Shown: positions 56,862 to 64,000 of the stretch, piece after piece
Layout: the number at the start of each line of letters is the position of its first letter
Numbering within the stretch: the stretch's first letter is position 1
NCBI GenBank assembly: GCA_002869265.1
Contig: PKTH01000005.1
Span: 1,423-65,422 of the forward strand
DNA: 64,000 nt
Direction of reading: 5' to 3'
Source of the DNA: Candidatus Parcubacteria bacterium
GTDB lineage: Bacteria; Patescibacteriota; Patescibacteriia; Patescibacteriales; BM507
Position numbers and translations under genes: made by a program
Notes under the pieces: generated by a model
What the model saw: the letters and a program-made list of their open reading frames with translations, nothing else
The model's database searches: none
What the model was told of the DNA's origin: nothing

Positions 56862-58292
56862 TTATTTTTCGTTTATCGTTTGTTGAATTTTTTTTGCCGC
56901 TAAGTTTATTATACCTTCTAGGTCGTCCTGGCCATAATTTACACTATCAACAAGATCGCCTATATAGCCTTCCGCCGCAGTGGCATTATTCCCCCTATAC
57001 CAACTTCGAGCTGTTAAAACTTGATCAGCGAAAATTCCAATATCAAGATCGTCAATCTGCTCATTAACCAACTCTCGCAGAGCTGTTGGTTTTTTTGTTT
57101 TTTCTATATACAGCTTAGCTTGATTTGCCTTTGTAATAAATTGAACAAAGTCCCAGGCAACATCTTTTTCTTTGCTTTTATTTGAAACAACCTCAACCCA
57201 ATAATTTGCTAAATTAACAGACTTATCATTTCCTTCAATTTGTGGAAGTTTTGAAAGACTAAAATCAAGTTTAGGGTTTTTAGCTTTTATTGTTGGTAGT
57301 TGATAGGAATAGGCAAAAATCATCGCTACTTTACCGTCTGCGAAAAGATCAATTGAATTATCCATTTCATCATTCCAACTGTAGACCTCTTTTCCTGGGT
57401 TAGCAAAATCAGTGTAAAACTGCACAGCCCCAAGTCCTGGGTTATAACTTCTGTCCTGAATATCCTCAGGAATAGTATTAAATTTAACCCTGCCAAATTC
57501 ATCAATCATCTCAGTCCCATTTTGCATCATTAAGGCAGCTAAAATATCAGAATACCGATCAATATTATCACTGCCACCCAGGGCAACCCCGGACTGGATA
57601 ATATTGCCACGAGCATCTTGTTTTGTAAGTTTTTTTACATCCTGTTGAAACTTTTTATTCCAGTACTGAGAGGGAGCAGTTATGCCTGCGTTGTTAAAAA
57701 GATCTCTATTGTAATACATTGCTAGAGTGTCTACAAAAAGAGGCAGACCGTAAATATCATACCTAACCTTACTTGTCTCCTTGTCTGTCTCTTTGTACAC
57801 CACGTCATCATAAACAGCGTCAACAAAGGTGTTTTCAATATCTCTAGAATTTAAGCTTTTTCTCGTCCTAAGCTCGGGTACAATTTGTTTTTTTATAGTT
57901 CCTTGAATTGTCGGATAGGCCATAGTAATTTGAGACGGAAGGGGGGTGATAAATTCTTTTGTTTTGTATTTCCCAACCCAAGTATTATGAATCGAAAATA
58001 TGTCTGGCCCCTTGTCGGTAGCAAATGCCTCTAATAATTCCTGTTCATACTCATCATATCTAAGTTTTTTATAGCTGATTGTCACAAAAGGATGAATCCG
58101 ATTATAGGCCTCAATTAAAGGAGCCATCACATCCGCCCCATCATAGACACGCCAATATGTCAGCGTTACCGGCTTCATTAGGGCTTGGGTTTTCTGAGTC
58201 TGAAAGGCACTTAATGATATTATTGTGAAATATCCTCCTCCAATTAAAATAATTACTAATAATATGATTAAAATTGCTTTTTTGTTTTCCAT
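56862..58292 (-). CDS. Extracellular solute-binding protein (ABC family-1, sugar-type)
   Basis: 476 aa. N-terminal TM/signal anchor and a periplasmic-binding-protein-like sequence pattern. No adjacent permease or ATPase genes. Confidence 0.6.
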   Translation of the reverse strand: MENKKAILIILLVIILIGGGYFTIISLSAFQTQKTQALMKPVTLTYWRVYDGADVMAPLIEAYNRIHPFVTISYKKLRYDEYEQELLEAFATDKGPDIFSIHNTWVGKYKTKEFITPLPSQITMAYPTIQGTIKKQIVPELRTRKSLNSRDIENTFVDAVYDDVVYKETDKETSKVRYDIYGLPLFVDTLAMYYNRDLFNNAGITAPSQYWNKKFQQDVKKLTKQDARGNIIQSGVALGGSDNIDRYSDILAALMMQNGTEMIDEFGRVKFNTIPEDIQDRSYNPGLGAVQFYTDFANPGKEVYSWNDEMDNSIDLFADGKVAMIFAYSYQLPTIKAKNPKLDFSLSKLPQIEGNDKSVNLANYWVEVVSNKSKEKDVAWDFVQFITKANQAKLYIEKTKKPTALRELVNEQIDDLDIGIFADQVLTARSWYRGNNATAAEGYIGDLVDSVNYGQDDLEGIINLAAKKIQQTINEK

Positions 58293-58343
58293 AAAAATAT
58301 TTATTTCCCTATTATTATACTATAATAAGCAACAGTTTCCAAA

Positions 58344-59864
58344 TTATACACTCTTTGCCCTGTACTGTAAGGCTTCACTTAAATGTTCTAGAGAAATGTT
58401 AACACTGGCCTCTAAGTCTGCTATCGTTCTAGCTATCTTTATAATTCTAAAATAGGACCGGGCAGAAAAATGTAAACTCTCTGATGCTTTTTTCAAAAGT
58501 TTTTTGCTCTCATTATTCAATACACAAAAATTCTCAACAGCCTTAGAGTTCATTTCAGAATTTGAAACATATTTTGATTTTGCAAATCTTCTTATCTGAA
58601 TATTCCTAGCAGCCTGAACACGCTTTTGAATTTCTTCTGAGCTCTCTTCCTTTCTTTCAGAGGCCAATTTTTCATAGCTGATCCTGGGAACTTCTACGTG
58701 TAGATCAACTCTATCCAAAATTGGACCAGATACCTTTTTATTATAATTTATAACCTGAGAAGATGAACAAATACACTCTTTTTCTGGATCACCAGAATAA
58801 CCGCAAGGGCAAGGATTAGTTGCAGCAATTAATATGAATTTTGAAGGAAAGCTAACGTTGCCAGAAGCTCTGCTAACATTAACCATTCCATCTTCCAGGG
58901 GCTGACGTAGGTTTTCTAGGACTGATCTAGAAAATTCACCAAACTCATCTAAAAACAATACCCCTCTATGAGCCAAGCTAATTTCGCCTGGTTTTGGCCA
59001 AACTCCTCCGCCAACCAGCGAAACCCCAGAAGAGGTGTGATGAGGCGCCCGAAATGGCCTATTTAACATCAGATTATTTTTATCATTTAGTTTTCCGGAC
59101 ACGCTGTATATTTTTGTCACCTCCATCGCTTCGCTTTCGGTCATGTTTGGCAATATGCTTGGCATAGTTCTTGCTAATAAGGTCTTTCCTGACCCAGGAG
59201 GACCACTCATTAACATATTGTGAGCACCAGCAGCGGCAATCTCTAAGGCCCTTTTTGCAAAAGCCTGGCCCTTAACATGCGACATATCATATTCAAGGTC
59301 CTGTTTTTTAAAAACTATCTTTTCTGCTACCTCATTTTTTATGGTTTGCTTGTTATTCAAGTGGTCCACTATTTCCAAAAGGTTGTTTACAGGATAAATA
59401 TTTATGCCCGAAATAAGCGTCGCTTCTTTTTTGTTTTTACTGGGTATAAATATGTTTTTATATCCTTTTTCACGAGCCAAGATTGCAATTGACAAGACAC
59501 CATTTACAGGACGAACCTCTCCGGATAATGCCAATTCACCAACAAAAAGGCTGTTTTCTAAATATTCACTCTGCTTCACCCTCCCCACTGCCATTAAAAC
59601 GCTTATCGCTATTGGAAGATCATAGCCTGGTCCTTGTTTTTTTATGTCTGCTGGAGCGAGATTCACAGTGGTTTTTACTCTTGGGAACTGAAAACCAGAA
59701 TTTTTTATTGCACTCCTTATTCGTTCCTTCGACTCAGAAACAGCAGCATCAGGGAGTCCAACTATGGCAACCATACCAAAATCACCACCGCCAGTATCAG
59801 CTTCCACTTCTACTAGCTCAGCATTGAGACCTAGTATTGCTGCTGTGTATATTTTTGAAGACAT
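58344..59864 (-). CDS. comM: YifB/ComM Mg-chelatase-like AAA+ ATPase
   Basis: 506 aa. N-terminal Lon-protease-like domain, Walker A GPPGSGKT, LFLDEF, and a C-terminal ChlI-like domain. Confidence 0.88.
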   Translation of the reverse strand: MSSKIYTAAILGLNAELVEVEADTGGGDFGMVAIVGLPDAAVSESKERIRSAIKNSGFQFPRVKTTVNLAPADIKKQGPGYDLPIAISVLMAVGRVKQSEYLENSLFVGELALSGEVRPVNGVLSIAILAREKGYKNIFIPSKNKKEATLISGINIYPVNNLLEIVDHLNNKQTIKNEVAEKIVFKKQDLEYDMSHVKGQAFAKRALEIAAAGAHNMLMSGPPGSGKTLLARTMPSILPNMTESEAMEVTKIYSVSGKLNDKNNLMLNRPFRAPHHTSSGVSLVGGGVWPKPGEISLAHRGVLFLDEFGEFSRSVLENLRQPLEDGMVNVSRASGNVSFPSKFILIAATNPCPCGYSGDPEKECICSSSQVINYNKKVSGPILDRVDLHVEVPRISYEKLASERKEESSEEIQKRVQAARNIQIRRFAKSKYVSNSEMNSKAVENFCVLNNESKKLLKKASESLHFSARSYFRIIKIARTIADLEASVNISLEHLSEALQYRAKSV

Positions 59865-59914
59865 AAATTATATTTAAAAGAGCCTCAAGCGAGGCTCTTT
59901 GTTATATGAACTTG

Positions 59915-62551
59915 TTATCTATCTACCGAGCTTGCTTCTTCCAACTTTACTGAAAGTAATTTTGATATTCCATCATCCCCCATTGTGACACCGTAGAGAA
60001 TACTTGCTCTCCTCATTGAAGCTCTATTGTGGGTAATAACAATAAATTGAGTTTTGTGTGATAAATCATCAAGAATCTGGGCAAGCCTTTCTGAATTTGC
60101 TTCATCCAGAGCCGCATCAACCTCATCTAAAACAACGAAAGGTGATGGATTAGCTGAGATTATGGCCGAAATCAAAGCGATCGCAGTGAGAGCTCTCTCT
60201 CCTCCAGAAAGCATAGAAATAGAAGAAATCTTTTTACCGGGCGGAGTAGCTTGTATTTCTATTCCGGCTAGTCCAGTTGCGTTGTGTTTTTGTAGAAATT
60301 TTATTTTCTTTACATCTATCGCAGACTGAAAAGCCTTTTTATTTTCTTCTTTGTTTTCTTCGGTTTTTTCAGACTCTTCTTTATCCTCATCCTTGTCCAT
60401 CACCTTAATAATCTTTGCTTTCCCACCATTAAACAAAATTTTAAAATACTCTTCAAATTTTGACTGGATTATTTTAAATTCTTTATCGAATATTTCCTTT
60501 ATGGTTAAATCAAGTTCTTTGATTATTTTTTCTAACGAATGGATTGTCTCAACAAGATATTTAACTTGTCCCGAGATAAAGTCATATCTCTCTTTCGTAT
60601 TAATATATTCGTTCTCAACTTCAGGATCAATTCCTCCAATATGCTCTAAATGCTTTTTGATGTTTCTTATTTTTTCTTTTAACTCCTCCAAGTTTACTTC
60701 TCCCTCTTCTCTTTTATCCCTAACCTCTCTCATACCACCGAGATCTTGTCTGATTTCAATCTCCAAGTCTTCCAATTTAGTCTCTCTCCTGGTGGAGTTT
60801 ACTTTTATGTCGTTTAGCTTATTATTTACAATGTTTATCTCATTTTGTAGTGCTTGAATATTCCTTTGTAGACTAAAAAGCCTGCTTCTTTTTTCTTCTT
60901 CAGCTCTAGAAATATTTTCAATTTTCAACTTTACATCAGATATTTTTTTATCAACCTGGCCCAACTCTTTGTTGTTTTTTTCAAGCCCCTCAATTATTTC
61001 AGACTTAGTCATCTTATTAGCACTTTGTTCTAGTCTTTCCTTAACTTGAACCTCTTCCTCTTTAACTTGATTTAGGTTTTCCTTTTTTAGGTTTAGGCGC
61101 TCCCTTTTTGAAGCAACGGCTAGATTTATTTTTGAAATTTCAGTTAAAACATTTTCCTTTTCTTCAGAATACAGTTTAATCATGGCCTCAGCCTCTGCTA
61201 AAAATTTCTGATACTCTTCGTCATCATTTTCATCGGAAGAGAGTTTTTTTAACTCTGTTCTAGTCTTTGAAATTATTTCCTTTATTTTTTTTATATCATC
61301 AGAAGTCTCAGCCTCCTTTAGATCACTAATGGCCAAACTAATCACTGCCTTCATTTCTTCACTTCCCTTGTTTTTATTTGAAGATGAAGAAGAAAACATT
61401 TTTGAATTTATTTCAGACACCCTTTGATCTAAGTTTTGTTTTTTATTATTTAGCTCCCCCAGGCCAGCACCCTCTTTTTGAATTTCACTCTCAATCTGCT
61501 CTATCTCTTCTAAAATTGCCTCTGATTCTTTTTTTAAGTCTGATGCTTTCCCGGTCAAAAACGACAAATCAAATTGGCCACGAGATTCAAGGTCTACTTC
61601 ATTTTCAGCTTCTAATCTAGCTATTTTTTTATTTAAATTATTTTTTTCAACTTGAAGTCTATTCAGTTCTCTTTGCAATTGATTAAACTCTTCACTGACA
61701 GTATTTTCAGCCTCCAAAACCTCTAGATCTTTATTTAGTTTTTTCATCGACTCATCCTGACTGCTCTTTTCTTTCTCTACTTCTAAATACTGTTTATTAT
61801 ATGAAGAAAATTCATCATTTATTGTGTGCCAAACCTTTCTATAGTAAACAAGACGCATAGCCCTTAACTCCTTTTCAAGCTCTTCCTTCCTCTGAATTTT
61901 ATTAACCTGTCTGGTAAGACTCTTTAACCTGGGTTCTATTTCTACTAAAAGCATCTCAGCCTGATTTAAGTTGTCATAGCTGGCTCTCAATTTATTTAGA
62001 GCCTCGTCTCTTTTTATTTGAAACTGTTTAACACCAGTAGCTTCATCGAAAAACTCCTTCCGCTCTGCCAAAGAAGAGTTCAGAAAGCCCTCAACAGTTC
62101 CTTGTCCGATTACTGAATATGTTTTTTGGCCAAACTTTGCCTTAGCCAAAAGCATTTGAACATCGGATAATCTAACCCGAGCATTGTTTATCAGATATTC
62201 ACTATCTCCATTTCTATACAGCCTTCTTGTTAATACTAATTGAGAATAATCAATTGGCGCCTTCTTGTCTTCATTATTTAAATGAAGAGATACTTCTGCC
62301 ATTCCTAGTTTTCCCTTTTTGTCTGATCCAGAGAATATAACATCTTCGCTTTTTTTACCACGCAAAGACTTCATGCTCTGCTCCCCAAGAGCCCAGCGAA
62401 TAGCATCAGCCACGTTTGATTTGCCAGAGCCATTTGGTCCAACAACAGCTGTTAGGCCTCTTTTGGTTTTATCAAGCATTCCAACAAAAACAAGTTCGTT
62501 TTTGTTTGCGAACGATTTAAATCCCTGAACTGTTAATTTCTCTAAATACAT
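59915..62551 (-). CDS. smc: SMC-like chromosome segregation ATPase, short form without a recognisable hinge
   Basis: 878 aa. N-terminal head FKSF...GPNGSGKSN. C-terminal head LSGGERALTAIALI and VLDEVDAALD. About 500 aa of heptad-rich K/E sequence lie between them, with no globular hinge block visible. Confidence 0.8.
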   Translation of the reverse strand: MYLEKLTVQGFKSFANKNELVFVGMLDKTKRGLTAVVGPNGSGKSNVADAIRWALGEQSMKSLRGKKSEDVIFSGSDKKGKLGMAEVSLHLNNEDKKAPIDYSQLVLTRRLYRNGDSEYLINNARVRLSDVQMLLAKAKFGQKTYSVIGQGTVEGFLNSSLAERKEFFDEATGVKQFQIKRDEALNKLRASYDNLNQAEMLLVEIEPRLKSLTRQVNKIQRKEELEKELRAMRLVYYRKVWHTINDEFSSYNKQYLEVEKEKSSQDESMKKLNKDLEVLEAENTVSEEFNQLQRELNRLQVEKNNLNKKIARLEAENEVDLESRGQFDLSFLTGKASDLKKESEAILEEIEQIESEIQKEGAGLGELNNKKQNLDQRVSEINSKMFSSSSSNKNKGSEEMKAVISLAISDLKEAETSDDIKKIKEIISKTRTELKKLSSDENDDEEYQKFLAEAEAMIKLYSEEKENVLTEISKINLAVASKRERLNLKKENLNQVKEEEVQVKERLEQSANKMTKSEIIEGLEKNNKELGQVDKKISDVKLKIENISRAEEEKRSRLFSLQRNIQALQNEINIVNNKLNDIKVNSTRRETKLEDLEIEIRQDLGGMREVRDKREEGEVNLEELKEKIRNIKKHLEHIGGIDPEVENEYINTKERYDFISGQVKYLVETIHSLEKIIKELDLTIKEIFDKEFKIIQSKFEEYFKILFNGGKAKIIKVMDKDEDKEESEKTEENKEENKKAFQSAIDVKKIKFLQKHNATGLAGIEIQATPPGKKISSISMLSGGERALTAIALISAIISANPSPFVVLDEVDAALDEANSERLAQILDDLSHKTQFIVITHNRASMRRASILYGVTMGDDGISKLLSVKLEEASSVDR

Positions 62552-62693
62552 TGTTTAATTACAATAAAAAAGGTAACCTTGGTTACTAAATGATATTAAC
62601 ATTATACTACAAAGAGCCAATCCTTACAAAGCTAGTCTATAAAACAAAAAACCCGCCAGGCGGGTAATTGAGTGTGGGGACTTTTGATAATAT

Positions 62694-63698
62694 TCAACCT
62701 GTATAAAATTTAAATATTCTCTTGATGACAATAAAAATTAGAAAAAAGATTGCGATAAATAGAAAAAACGGGTGTTTTAGAAGAAATATTAGAATACTTA
62801 GAAAAAACAAATATGCTTTAGGCAAGATATTGGAAAAAAAGATGCTCATCTTGCTTTTGGCCTCTAACTCCTTAAGCTCTCTAGGGCTATGCTCTTGACC
62901 ATCCAAGACGCTCTGTTGTGATTTTATTGTATCTAGCTTTTGCCCTGAAGTGCCTAGCCTATTCTCTATTTCTTCTTTTTTCTCAGATAAATAATCTATC
63001 TTCTCTCCACCAATACTATCTACAATCTGGTCAATTTTGTTATTAGTCACCTTATTCAAAAAACCAACTACAGACTGGTCTAATTTGTCACTCATTTTTT
63101 CGACGGTCTGATCATTACTAAGCTCTATCTCATTACTCTTATCAGAAGAAGTGCTAATGACATGATCCACCATAAAGGGGTCAGAGCCTTCAGCAATTTC
63201 ATCAAGATCTGAAACCCCGTCATTGTCATCATCGTCATCGTCTACGTTACCAATACCATCTTCATCGTTATCACTATCAATGAACACCTTACTTTTAGCC
63301 ACTTGTGTATCTGAAAAATCAATTTGTTCCACGACCTCATCTTGGGAGTTTACTGCTGAAACATTTTTTATTTCAGCGCTAATTTCTATATCACCCTTTT
63401 CGGCCACCCACTCAATTGAAACATCTTGTGTGCCCGACCCTGCTGGTAGCTCTATATTTGTTTTGCCAATTTGCTTTTCATTATTAAAGAAATGCAGCTC
63501 AGCTGAAATGTTGTATTGACTGTTATTATACAGGGCAGTAAATATTTTAACCTCATCATCAACGAAAACTGGGTATTTAGAAAACCAAATCGGGCCGGGA
63601 ACAAAACCAGCATTTTCTATATTCTCTATTGCTGCCGAGGCCGGATTAGAGAAAAAAATTAAAAGTAAAAGTAAAAATATTTTTATCTTCATCACCAC
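62694..63698 (-). CDS. Secreted/anchored protein with an acidic Asp-rich calcium-binding-like segment
   Basis: 334 aa. Signal peptide, beta-rich N-domain, DSDNDEDGIGNVDDDDDDNDGVSDLDE (thrombospondin-type-3-like D-x-D repeats), coiled segment, C-terminal TM. Confidence 0.5.
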   Translation of the reverse strand: MVMKIKIFLLLLLIFFSNPASAAIENIENAGFVPGPIWFSKYPVFVDDEVKIFTALYNNSQYNISAELHFFNNEKQIGKTNIELPAGSGTQDVSIEWVAEKGDIEISAEIKNVSAVNSQDEVVEQIDFSDTQVAKSKVFIDSDNDEDGIGNVDDDDDDNDGVSDLDEIAEGSDPFMVDHVISTSSDKSNEIELSNDQTVEKMSDKLDQSVVGFLNKVTNNKIDQIVDSIGGEKIDYLSEKKEEIENRLGTSGQKLDTIKSQQSVLDGQEHSPRELKELEAKSKMSIFFSNILPKAYLFFLSILIFLLKHPFFLFIAIFFLIFIVIKRIFKFYTG

Positions 63699-63723
63699 TA
63701 TTGTATCAAAAATTATTTAATAC

Positions 63724-63754
63724 CAAAAATGCCGCCATTTGAGTCCGGCGGCAT
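63724..63754 (-). terminator. Intrinsic terminator in the leader upstream of 62694..63698
   Basis: Minus strand: AUGCCGCC-GGACUCAAAU-GGCGGCAU followed by UUUUU. It ends ~25 nt upstream of the ATG at 63698. Confidence 0.6.
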
Positions 63755-64000
63755 CTTGGAAACGCTAAAGTTTAAAACCCTAACATTTTAAATCCCCATG
63801 CACGACCCACCGCCGCAAAGACGATGAATCATGTGTGAGAGCTAAGTAAAAAATTTACCTTGCTAGTTCCTTTTTTGCTTAGCTCATTATTTTTTAAAGA
63901 GCAATCGTTTTAGTCTATTTTAGACTAAATTTTTATGATCTTTCTTATTTTAGATCATAGGAAAATTTTCAAATAAAAACTTTCCCCTAATCTAAATAAA

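Overview
AT-rich, tightly packed bacterial chromosome segment. Most genes are on the minus strand, and intergenic spacers are short, with clear hairpin+T-run terminators and TTGACA-17-TAnnnT promoters. Content is mainly housekeeping. It includes a 23S-5S rRNA unit, 5 tRNAs, pilT, rnc, nusB, rpmF, queA, ruvB, holA, murD, polA and rplS. It also includes an anaerobe-type O2-detoxification cluster (2 small desulforedoxins missed by the ORF track, rubrerythrin, flavodiiron protein, DsbA-like protein) and two tandem phosphohexomutases. Further genes are Elp3, an AlkD-like protein, glyA-folD, recQ, a Trm9-like methyltransferase, HU, ymdB-rny, a multi-PAS histidine kinase with an OmpR regulator, rpsF-ssb-rpsR-efp, recA, comM/yifB and an SMC-like ATPase. 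The gene set and style suggest a Candidate Phyla Radiation / Patescibacteria-type organism (inference only): expanded 23S without a linked 16S, orphan PilT, and archaeal/eukaryote-like tRNA enzymes. I saw no transposase, integrase, CRISPR array or recognisable defence system. The most unusual items follow. (1) A promoter-to-terminator, G+C-rich, non-coding unit at ~0.75-1.3 kb holds two homologous stem-closed ~100-nt RNA modules followed by SD-led mini-ORFs. (2) Three exact copies of the tRNA-Lys 3' end sit in a ~180-bp tandem array with no integrase. (3) A ~0.5-kb G+C-rich islet encodes an orphan secreted protein. (4) The SMC-like protein has no recognisable hinge. (5) Elp3 co-occurs with a Trm9-like enzyme. 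All functional calls come from reading the translations and motifs; no database search was possible.
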